The position numbers and the translations under genes are program-made. The notes under the pieces are model-generated. The model saw only the letters and a program-made list of their open reading frames with translations. It was not told the DNA's origin and did not search any database. A stretch of 64,000 nucleotides of DNA from Candidatus Methanomethylicia archaeon (GTDB taxonomy: Archaea > Thermoproteota > Methanomethylicia > Culexarchaeales > Culexarchaeaceae), in the NCBI GenBank assembly GCA_038727515.1, contig JAVYVS010000001.1, forward strand, positions 256,001 through 320,000, in the 5' to 3' direction. Of the stretch, positions 40,370-49,522 are shown piece by piece. Numbering within the stretch: the first letter of the stretch is position 1; every line of letters starts with the position of its first letter.

Positions 40370-40843
40370 TTAGATTGGTGGTGGCCATGGTCTATATCTT
40401 CTCATCAACCTTCGTAGGAATAATCTAATCATGGCTATAATCATCATAATTATAGTTAAGATTATTAGGTATTCTCCTAGAGGTAATCTAATTCCACTAT
40501 AGGTTAGAGTGTAGAAGATTATAATTGATATTATGAGGCTTAGGGGCATTGTAAATAAAATCCAAGTATATTGAAGCCAGCTGCGTCTTTTCCCTCTATA
40601 ACCAGTTTTAAGGTATTGTTCCTGTAATTGTTTAAGTCTATTTTCGTCAAGATAATATTTGCCGTTAACTTCAATAAATATCTTTAATTGGCCAAGTCTT
40701 CTATTCATTGCTTGTTTAAACCATGGTGGCAACCCCAATTCATCTATGGTTAAAGCTCTCTCGGGACTAGTAGCATTCTTCTCTCTAAACTTCTCTATTA
40801 ACATCATAATTCTTTCAATGGTTTTTCTTCTATCCCTCAACAT
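40370..40843 (-). CDS. Hypothetical protein with wHTH-like N-terminus and two TMs
   Basis: KFREKNATSPERALTIDELGL...GKYYLDE followed by hydrophobic helices. Confidence 0.7.
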   Translation of the reverse strand: MLRDRRKTIERIMMLIEKFREKNATSPERALTIDELGLPPWFKQAMNRRLGQLKIFIEVNGKYYLDENRLKQLQEQYLKTGYRGKRRSWLQYTWILFTMPLSLIISIIIFYTLTYSGIRLPLGEYLIILTIIMMIIAMIRLFLRRLMRRYRPWPPPI

Positions 40844-40972
40844 TATGTTTCCACAATCACTTACCCTATGTAATTCTTTATAAAGGTATTGTTGAATTGG
40901 GTTGAATATCCTTCAAGTTTTAGGTGGGGGATTTGAGTGTGAGTAATTGTTGGATTATGATTCTCAATTTAT

Positions 40973-41657
40973 TTGGGGATATGCTTATTCATATGTTCAC
41001 ATATATATTGTTTGGTGTTTATTTTGGGTTTTGAGGATGTTTCCACATTGCTTTTAATGGTTCGTGATGAGCTTGTTAAAGTTACTGTGGGTGGTTGGAT
41101 TGAAGATTCCCGTGAAATTCCTAAACGCTATTTCATTATGAATTGTTTTGATGAGACTGTAGCTTTTCTGGGTTTAATTCTCGGATCTTTTTATGGTGGC
41201 TTCTTAATTCCAAAGATCATATTTATTTCACTTTTAAATGCAGGTTTTGCTATGGCTATTTCTTCTTTTACTGTGGCTTTACTTGTGGAAAGTGCTGAGG
41301 TTGATAGGCTTTTAGAGTTTGTTTCAAGTAGATTGGGTTCTGGAGGTATGTTTATGATTAGACTTAGAAGTTTTTGTTGGGGTCATGTTTTTAAGAGTGC
41401 ATTTGCTAATGGTGCTTCAGCTCTCCTCTCTACAGCTCTCATAGGTTTACCATATCTCTTTGCGTTACTAAATGTTTTTTTCAGCTTTTGATGCATTCTA
41501 TATCTCGCTAATAGTAGTCGTATTTTTACTATTGATTTTAGGTTTTATGCTTGGTAGAATTGCTAAACGGAGGAGTATGGTGTACTGTCTATTAACTATG
41601 AGTTCAGGTGTTTTAACGGGGTTTATTAGTATGTTGCTTGGATTACTTGGCGCTTAA
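40973..41657 (+). pseudogene. VIT1/CCC1-like membrane protein split by a frameshift in a T7 run
   Basis: RYFIMNCFD...AMAISS..A..E.AE motif; removing one T at 41475-41481 joins the two ORFs (NVFSAFDAFY). Confidence 0.7.
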
Positions 41658-41751
41658 ATCTTCTATTCATTATGAATTGTATTATTAGGTTTAACTTTGG
41701 ATTTTGTTTGTTTTTCAAGTTATCTTATGAGTTAAACTTATAAGATAGTGT

Positions 41752-42033
41752 ATGGAGTTTTTGTTGGGTTTTATGTCTATGGGTGTTGTTGTGAAGGTTC
41801 ATAGGAAGGGTATTATTGTTTTGCCTAAGAGTGTTAGGGATGCTCTTAATATTGTTGAGGGGACTTTATTGGAGTTGAGGGTTGATGGTGATACTATAGT
41901 TTTGAGGTCTCTGGATCTTTGGGATAGGGTTTGGGGTGGCTGTAAAGGTTTAGGGGATGTGGAATCTTTTGAGGGGGAATTGGATTTTGAGGAGGAGGAG
42001 TTTTGGAGGAGAAGGGCGAAGTTGATTCGGTGA
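41752..42033 (+). CDS. vapB: AbrB/MazE-type antitoxin (probable start about 41779)
   Basis: KVHRKGIIVLPKSVRDALNIVEGTLL; stop overlaps GTG of the PIN gene. Confidence 0.9.
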   Translation: MEFLLGFMSMGVVVKVHRKGIIVLPKSVRDALNIVEGTLLELRVDGDTIVLRSLDLWDRVWGGCKGLGDVESFEGELDFEEEEFWRRRAKLIR

Positions 42034-42461
42034 TCATTGATACTTATACTCTTCTTGCCATGGCATATGGACAATTGGGTGGAAATGCTGAAAAGATTTT
42101 ATTGGGGGTTAGGGGTAGGAGGATTCTTGGTTTAATTCCTGTTACAGTGGTTTATGAGTATTGTGTACATTGGTATATGGGTAGGATACCTGTTTTAAAG
42201 AGTTTGGATGAGGTTAAAACGTTTCTATCTAGCTATTTTAAAATAGTTGATTTATCTATGGATGATTATATGAATGCTTCTAGAATAAAGGTTGAGGGGG
42301 ATAGGATTTTGAGGGATCTTAGAGTTATGGGGGATAGGAGTATAAGTCTTGTTGATGCTACAATTATAGCTGTAGCATTTAGATATAAAGCTCCAATAGT
42401 TACTGGAGATTTAGATTTAAGTTGTGTTGCTAAGGCTATGGGGTTTAAGGTTATTTGGTAG
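42030..42461 (+). CDS. vapC: PIN domain toxin
   Basis: IIDTY, V.YE, SLVDA and VTGD motifs. Confidence 0.9.
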   Translation: MIIDTYTLLAMAYGQLGGNAEKILLGVRGRRILGLIPVTVVYEYCVHWYMGRIPVLKSLDEVKTFLSSYFKIVDLSMDDYMNASRIKVEGDRILRDLRVMGDRSISLVDATIIAVAFRYKAPIVTGDLDLSCVAKAMGFKVIW

Positions 42462-42798
42462 TTTAACTTATCTATAGCATTTCTTTAATTCTCTTGTCTT
42501 TTTTTGTTTTCCTTCTCTCTCTATATTGTTACTAAGAGTTCTAATTTGCTTAAAGCATAAACCAATAATTTACTCTAATTTATAATGCTTTACTAAATTC
42601 TTCTCAGCTTTAATACCATTTCAATTTTAGGTTTGTTCCTTAGGAAATCGGTTAAACCCTTTAATCATAAGTAGTAAGTTGGAAGTCTCCTTTAGCAATA
42701 TTACTGGTTTTCGGGGTTTAACTGTTGGGAGTAAATGTTTCAATTTGTGTGGTAGTAATATTTTTATACTAAGTGTTGGTAGTATTTTTGGTGGTATT

Positions 42799-43029
42799 TT
42801 GGGTAGGTATGTGACGGTTTCAGCTAAAATTGATGTGGAACTTAGGAGGAAGCTTGCTGAATTGGGTATAAAGCCGTCAGAGGTTATTAGGAGGGCCCTT
42901 GAAAGGGAGGTTGAGGAGAGAATGAGACGGCAGCTCTATGAGAAGGTTGGGAGGGCAAGTGAAATAATAATGAGGGTTGGAAGGGATTCATGGGTTAAAG
43001 CTATAAGAGAGAGTAGGGATCAGAGATGA
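42799..43029 (+). CDS. vapB: RHH-type antitoxin (ORF track start 42679; TTG at 42799 preferred)
   Basis: VTVSAKI...LGIKPSEVIRRALE...IRESRD; ATGA overlap with vapC. Confidence 0.85.
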   Translation: MGRYVTVSAKIDVELRRKLAELGIKPSEVIRRALEREVEERMRRQLYEKVGRASEIIMRVGRDSWVKAIRESRDQR

Positions 43030-43412
43030 GTCTCTTCGACTCTTCAGCTATAATAAACCTTTGTGGGGAAGGGGAAATAGATAAATTATTTGGGGGATTT
43101 ACATTAAACCTTGCATTTTACGAGCTTGGAAACGCTGTTTGGAAGCATGTTCACATTTATAAAACTATTACTATGGATGAAGCCATTATAATATTGGATT
43201 CTCTAATAGAGGTTTTTAAAAGGTTGAAGAGGTTGGAGGCGGAAGATGCTTTGGAAATATTGAAAATAGCTGTGAATGAGGGTTTAACTTATTATGATGC
43301 CTCCTATATTTATGCAGCAATTAAAAACAGTTTAACACTAGTTACAGATGATCAGCAGCTTTATGATATAAGCAAAAAATATGTTAAGACCGTAACAAGT
43401 AAAGAAATTTAA
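43026..43412 (+). CDS. vapC: PIN domain toxin
   Basis: FDSSA, YELGNAVWK, LTYYDASY and LVTDD motifs. Confidence 0.92.
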   Translation: MSLFDSSAIINLCGEGEIDKLFGGFTLNLAFYELGNAVWKHVHIYKTITMDEAIIILDSLIEVFKRLKRLEAEDALEILKIAVNEGLTYYDASYIYAAIKNSLTLVTDDQQLYDISKKYVKTVTSKEI

Positions 43413-43435
43413 CAAAATATTTTTCAGAAACCTTT

Positions 43436-43981
43436 GTGTTTGCTGCATTATACTCGTTTGTTCCAGCATTGGCTATTAGACTCATGCTTTCTGAAGTGGA
43501 AATTGCCATGTTTTTCACGGCTGAGGCAATAGTTTTTACCTTAACGAATGTGATTGTGGGTATATTATCCGATAAGATTGGTAGAAAACCTATTATGATA
43601 ATAGGTTTAGCATGTAGTTCAATCAACCTTATTGCATTCTTTTTTGCAGTGGATTTCTGGCAGATCCTATTTTTAATGGCTCTTTATGGATTTGGAAGTT
43701 CATGCGTCTACATTATGAGTTCAACGATGGCTGTAGATATATTGCCAGAGGAGGATGTTATTTGGGTTTTGATGGATTTGGGTTTGGTTGCTGGCTCTTC
43801 CATTTGCTTCTCATTTTTATCGGTCTCTGGATTGCCTGTTAATTATGTTTTCTTGGTGATGGCTGTCCCCTCAATAATGGCTTTGGGCTTCATTTTTGGC
43901 TTTAGGTTTTTCATGATGTGTTTGTGGTTTAGGTTATGTATTGTAGTATGTAGTTGGTTGATGTGGTTAGGGTTGTTGTGA
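43436..43981 (+). pseudogene. MFS transporter, C-terminal half fragment
   Basis: GILSDKIGRKP motif A; only about 6 TMs; 3' end runs into the convergent gene. Confidence 0.65.
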
Positions 43982-44807
43982 GTAGGATTATTCCCAAGAT
44001 TTTTTCTGGGATGTGTTTTTGGAGTTTTGCTCCTAGGTATGTTCCGAGGATTCCGCCTATTCCTAGTGTTAGGCCAATGTTCCAGTTTGGTGGGTAGCCT
44101 GTGATGTGGTAGTTGATTAGTGTGAATGTGGATGTTGTTAGTGTTGTGAGGAGTGTTGCTCCTGCGGTTGTGTGTATGGGTAGATGGAATATGCTTATTA
44201 GTATTGGTGATATTATTGCTGCTCCACCTATACCGTAAATTCCCCCTATGACTCCGGTTGATATTGAGATTAGGGTTAGGGGGATTGTTGGGATGGAGTA
44301 TATGTTCCCCATAAATTCGTATTCCACTCTTCTTAATCCAATTCTCCTTGTTTTTATGGTTGCATCCCCAATTAAACTTGTGTTTTTTGGGTTTCTTGAT
44401 TTAAGGGTGTAGTAGCCTATTCTGAGGCTGAGGGAGAGTAGTATTAAGCCTACGAGGAATTTGAAGAGTTTAGGGTCTAGGAGGAATCTTGTTCTTATGT
44501 ATACTCCTATGTAGGCTCCTGGTATGGGGGTTAAAGCTATTATGGTGGCGAGGGGCCAATTCATCCTTTTCTCACGTATATACCTATATACTCCACTTGG
44601 AGTGGCAATTAAATTGTAGATGAGATTAGTGGAGTTGGCTACTGGAGATGTTAAACCAAAAACACTTATTTGTAGGGGTAGAAGTAGGAAGGCTCCACTT
44701 ACACCTATAGGAGATGAAATTAAAGCTATGAGGAAGGATGTGGATAAAGCTGTAATGTAAAGCCACATACACACTAAATAGAAGGCAAAGAAACTTAAAC
44801 ATTTCAT
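43929..44807 (-). CDS. Sulfite exporter TauE/SafE family protein (probable start about 44768)
   Basis: GVSGAFLLLP.Q, GGIYGIGGAAII.P and G.YLGA.LQ motifs. Confidence 0.9.
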   Translation of the reverse strand: MKCLSFFAFYLVCMWLYITALSTSFLIALISSPIGVSGAFLLLPLQISVFGLTSPVANSTNLIYNLIATPSGVYRYIREKRMNWPLATIIALTPIPGAYIGVYIRTRFLLDPKLFKFLVGLILLSLSLRIGYYTLKSRNPKNTSLIGDATIKTRRIGLRRVEYEFMGNIYSIPTIPLTLISISTGVIGGIYGIGGAAIISPILISIFHLPIHTTAGATLLTTLTTSTFTLINYHITGYPPNWNIGLTLGIGGILGTYLGAKLQKHIPEKILGIILLTTTLTTSTNYILQYIT

Positions 44808-44835
44808 TTCAACAAAACCTATAAATAGTTTAAAT

Positions 44836-45171
44836 CTATTTCAGTGTAATTATATGTTTTAACTCACACAAGTTTGTAGTTGTCATTGATATTGGAATAG
44901 GTTTCTTTTTAATAAATCTTACAATTAAAGGCACCAAATAAATCAGCAATTCAAATATGTCAACCAATCCAGAAGTATACATAGCCCATAAGCCAACCAA
45001 TACAGTAACCAGTCGCCCAAAACCGCATCGCAAAACTATGAACACTGTAAAAATGATGTTCAAGGCATGGAACAGTAATACAAAAGAGGAAGAAAGCATT
45101 CCGACACTGGCAAAGGATGATAAAATTATTGATATTGCAAAACCAGTATTAGGCATATTAGACTCATTCAT
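44836..45171 (-). pseudogene. Degenerate copy of membrane-protein gene 28716..29048
   Basis: Microhomology deletions of 9 and 8 bp, a 1-bp deletion and loss of the KSEHGLKRAISEII segment. Confidence 0.85.
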
Positions 45172-45371
45172 TCAAGTAGCTTAACTTAAATTTTTCTAAT
45201 CTAGACCCTTAAAGCTACACATATATATGTGAACCCTAGTATAGACAAAATCCATGTTTTTGGTTTAATTTTATATTAACTTAGGGAGATAGATATTTCG
45301 GTGAACACCTACTTTTTATTTGTCCAAGCTTACTGCAGCTGTGGGATGTAAATGTCAAGTGTTTAGTATCA

Positions 45372-45917
45372 TCAAGTTTTTAAGATAGATTCTCGTAATA
45401 GGCTTAGGTAATTCGCCATGGTGTACTTCATTCCACAATATTCACATTCCACTAGCTCTGCTGAAACAATTTTTAATTTTGCTCCACAGTTTGTGCATTG
45501 AAGCGGCTGTATGAATTTTACAACTGAACTTTTTATGATAGGCTGCTTTTCACTCGTTGCCATTGATTTCTGTTGTTGTTCTTCAATGATGTTGTTTGCC
45601 AACTCTTCTATTTTGTTGTTCAAAAGTTTTTGCAACTCATCTATCTGTTTGAGATAATTTGATATTTTATTGCTTCCCTCATTTTTTCTTAAACTTTTGA
45701 CTATTCGAAACATGAGGTTGCTTTGTTTTGTTTTCTCTATCATAAACATCTGCTTAATTATAATTAGTTGCCTTAAGGTTTGAGCTATAGATGTCAGAGC
45801 CTGTTTTTGAAAGAATGTTAAGTCATCTTCCGAAATTTTGGCACCTAATATTTTGCTGATTTGATCTAACACTTGAGCCTTTGCGTCTTCTAGCCTCAAT
45901 TTAATCTTCCCTTTCAA
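45372..45917 (-). CDS. Helical/coiled-coil protein with C-terminal zinc ribbon
   Basis: CTNCGAKL...CEYCG; 4-nt overlap with the upstream PH gene. Confidence 0.75.
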   Translation of the reverse strand: MKGKIKLRLEDAKAQVLDQISKILGAKISEDDLTFFQKQALTSIAQTLRQLIIIKQMFMIEKTKQSNLMFRIVKSLRKNEGSNKISNYLKQIDELQKLLNNKIEELANNIIEEQQQKSMATSEKQPIIKSSVVKFIQPLQCTNCGAKLKIVSAELVECEYCGMKYTMANYLSLLRESILKT

Positions 45918-46231
45918 ATGAATTGTATGATTTGCTGATATAACGCTTTAATCTCAGAGGGGGTTCCTTCAAGTTGTAGAACTGTTTTACCATGAACTTC
46001 TAAAATTCCGGTCTTGCCGATTACACCTCGCTCCTTATATTTTACCCCCTGTAATTCATCCAACTTAATTGAAACTAAATCATCACTTTTGAACACCAAT
46101 CCGCGCCTCGCATAAAGTAGAAGTCGCTTATTGGTCACAAGCAACTCATACATTTTCCCGCCATATTTAATGCTTTGATTGCTGTGAAAACGAATTTCTT
46201 CTCCAGGAAGAAGATAATCTTCAAGTGGCAT
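45914..46231 (-). CDS. Bacterial-type PH domain protein
   Basis: YLLPGEEI...LLVTNKRLL......G......I.L..L..V.Y..G. Confidence 0.8.
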   Translation of the reverse strand: MPLEDYLLPGEEIRFHSNQSIKYGGKMYELLVTNKRLLLYARRGLVFKSDDLVSIKLDELQGVKYKERGVIGKTGILEVHGKTVLQLEGTPSEIKALYQQIIQFI

Positions 46232-46423
46232 AATATCTCAAAAATTATAGTGAGATTTCAGAACTTAAAAAACTTGTGCTTTTAGATGCAGAAGTTAAAT
46301 ATATGTTTAAGCTTTACACTGCGGATGCAATTTAAAGATTTGCTTAAGAAGATTGTGGAGTGAGTGATGTGTTGATGTGTGGGCGATTAAATGGCGTTTT
46401 TCTATTGAAGGTAAGATATTTAA

Positions 46424-46768
46424 ATGTTGTTATCATATAGTGTTATCGAGTGGATATTTATGGAGCTGTTTGAAGCGTTAGTTATATCTTTCATTAACAC
46501 GGTGATAGTCCTCGCTCTACATGGAATTAAAGTTAAGACGAGGGGGGGCATTGAGGTTTATGGTCCATTTTCATATGAGTTGGATGAGTCTGGTGTTTTG
46601 AAGGAAGTTCAAGCTCAGCATGTTCCCATCGAGTTTGCGGATATGCTTCGGGAAAAGATATTAAGCGAAATTAAACAGTCTAAGACAACTATGAGTAGGA
46701 AGCTTGCAATCGCCATTTTCGCTTTAACGATCTTCATAATACAACTAGTAATCTTACTCAGTATATAG
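46424..46768 (+). CDS. Hypothetical membrane protein (TM at both ends)
   Basis: 114-aa ORF with two hydrophobic segments. Confidence 0.55.
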   Translation: MLLSYSVIEWIFMELFEALVISFINTVIVLALHGIKVKTRGGIEVYGPFSYELDESGVLKEVQAQHVPIEFADMLREKILSEIKQSKTTMSRKLAIAIFALTIFIIQLVILLSI

Positions 46769-47426
46769 TTTGCGTGATTCTAGATGGTGGATTGCATCCA
46801 TTGGCTACTCATCTTCTGATTGTTCCAGTTTGGTTTTCTAACAGTTTTCTCGTTACTTATTGATATCTCTTTATGATTGGCGTTTGATTTTGTTTGTTGT
46901 TATGGGGGGCATGTGGGCTTGTTAAAGCTCGTCGAAGGAAGGAGGGGATCTTGGTTTATTTTGCTTATCCTCAATCAGACTGTTTTGGGGTTTTCTTTTA
47001 GGCGCTATTTTTGTAATTAGTATTGTTATGTTGTTGAAGGTGGTTAAACTTCGGGTGCGAGAGCTGCAGGGGTAGATCTATCGATTCTGTTGGGGGTATG
47101 GAGGGCTATATGCATCTACTTTCTCTTTATGTGAATGCTCATTGGGGTGGTCTTCTGCGCGCGTTAAGGGTTGCTGTTAAGTGCGATTCTAGGCTTGGCG
47201 AGTTTATGGGCGGGTTAGGCGTCGGCGTAGCAATACCATTTAGTATTATGGCTGAGCAGTTATGAGGGGCAAGATTACAGAGGGAGGGTGCCAGCATCAT
47301 GACAATTGAAAAGCTCATCCCACGTTTGATAGGTTAAATTAGGCCTTTGATGGGATGGATCCATGCTTTCTTCCCCCAAATATTTTCCGTTAAGTCTAAG
47401 AACTTGTAGATAAGTGGTTTTACTGT

Positions 47427-48140
47427 TTAGATCTTTCCCCTTTTCTTCTTAGTTTTGTTTATGGTTTTCCATATGGTTTCTGTTAACTGTTTTATTGTGG
47501 GTAGATCTTCTATGTCTTCCACGTTTATGTTAATGTTTATGCTTTGCTCAAATTCTTCATCTACAACTTCTATCTCCACTTCTCCAGGTATGTGTAATTC
47601 TTCATCTTGAGAGAATGTTTCCTCCAGTTTTTCAGCGATTTCATGTATATTTTTCAGTATCCATTTAACGTTTAGGTTGTCATGGTATTCAGGGTGGAAA
47701 AATGCGGTCATATAAGCGCTTCTCCCCTCAATCCAAAGGGCAAATTGATCTATTAAGTTTTCCCTATTCCAACCCGTGCTTTCAAATTGTAGGAAATGTT
47801 TGTTTTCAAACATGTTGAACTGTAAATCTTCAATTACAAAATCTCCAGTAGCTTCTAATCTCTCTAGTAAAGCCTTTATATCGCTTAGGAAGACTGTGAA
47901 TCCACATTTAAAGGTTTGTCTCATTACAGTGGAAAACTGTGAGTTCACATCCATTTCTTTCGGCATTTCACCCATAACGTTAACCATTGATTTTACGAGT
48001 GATGAACTTAATTCCACAAGTAAAGCTTTGAGTACGCCTTCAATGGCTTCCTCCACTTTTAAACCTAATTCTCTGGCTATTCGTATGAGATCATCATAAT
48101 TGGATTCCTCAAGTTATAATTCAAATTTTATAGATGGCAT
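47427..48140 (-). pseudogene. Hypothetical protein with RHH-like N-terminus interrupted by an in-frame TAA
   Basis: From ATG 48140: MPSIKFEL*LEESNYDDLIRIARELGLKVEEAIE..., in frame with ORF 47427..48056. Confidence 0.6.
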
Positions 48141-48854
48141 AACATTACATTATGAGGATATTAGTATTAATAGTTTTCCAACCTGTAGAAAAGTGGTGTA
48201 CCACTAAAAGAACTCTTTCAATTTAAACTTGCCGTTAAGTTTAGGTTGCATAGTTTAATTGAATTTAACGTTTAGGATGTGTAGATCTGCCATTACTTTA
48301 TGTGGCAAGTGCAGACGTAATTACTAGTATATGTTATTGGATATTAGAGGTTTCTGTTTCAGGGTTTCTTGGAATTCTGATTATTGGAGGAGGCTTATTC
48401 CGAAAAAGTTGATAAGCTTCGCTTATTTGGATGTGAATCAACCATTGGAGGGGGCATCTACTGTCTGTACTTTCTTTTAATTTTAATGGGATAATTCTAG
48501 GTGTGATAGAGGTTGTGTGAATCAGCTTGCTGAGTTTGAGATTTCATCCAGAGGATTGGGGTTATTGGGGAATTCTATGAGTTTCCCTTTAAAGCTTTAA
48601 GATATCTGTTTGATGAGGTATTTATGTGGGGGCAGCAGCGGTGATGGATGTCAGATTATAGATCAATATGATACAACAATAAAGGGGGTGAAGGTATTTA
48701 TAGGCTTAAGCTGGCAACACGTCTTTCAGCTGGGGATTTAACATAAATTTACCTCTCCATATTTCGAGGAGTTTGGGAAGTGTCATTATGTTAAAGAAGA
48801 GTTGAAAAGGTGGTGTCCATCTAAATTTATGCTGGTGTAAATATGTTGAGGAGA

Positions 48855-48927
48855 GGCGATGCGCCGCCCAAGCCTGTGGGCGGTGCAGAGCCCCCGGCAA
48901 CTGCACACAAATAGGTTTTGGGCGGCC
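48855..48927. ncRNA. GC-rich structured element (candidate ncRNA or IS200/IS605-derived end)
   Basis: About 65% GC over 48851-48930 in an AT-rich genome; long outer stem plus GTGCAG/CTGCAC inner stem. Confidence 0.4.
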
Positions 48928-49229
48928 ATAGACTTAATTGCAAGTTGTTGTGGTTGACCTGTTGATTTTGTTGGGGTTTTTGTGTATTGAACGTTGTGGG
49001 TTGGGTTTACGGTTTTAAGTTTATATGGCTATATAGGGTGTGTTTAGTTTTGATAAATATTGATGTGATGTGAAAGTTTACTTTATGTTATAGGCGTTAC
49101 AAATAGGAGAGTCTATTGTAGTGTAAAGTATTTTAAATCTCAGGTTTAGGCTATGAGTTTATTTCTCCTCAATAAATTTACCTCTGTTTTAAAGGGTTTT
49201 CATAAACTATTATCGTTGATGTAACGATC

Positions 49230-49395
49230 CTATTTAAAGGCTCTTATTATTTCTTCATCTTTAGGTTCTCCAATAATTTTCTCTTCTTCGATTTCACTCT
49301 CTATAGCATTCCTAATAAATTCACTCTGATTTATCTTAATCTGTTCCATCATCTTTTTGATTTCCCTCGTTTACTCTAATAGTGATTATTGGCAT
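49230..49395 (-). pseudogene. Frameshifted RHH/VapB-type antitoxin remnant
   Basis: MPIITIRVNE / EIKKMMEQIKINQSEFIRNAIESEIEEE; no intact PIN partner. Confidence 0.6.
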
Positions 49396-49522
49396 ACCTG
49401 TATCACAGGGAACATGAGAATAACATGAGAATACAAACCTTACAATTAGTTTTATAATGATGTTTATAAAAATTTTAAAAAATACCTTATATAATCTCTA
49501 ATACTAATTTTAGTGTGATGTC

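Noticed and set aside
48854-48930. Fluoride riboswitch or canonical H/ACA guide for the GC-rich element
   Set aside because: GGCGATG start is similar but pseudoknot partners and a downstream crcB-type gene are absent; no K-turn, and ACA spacing does not fit
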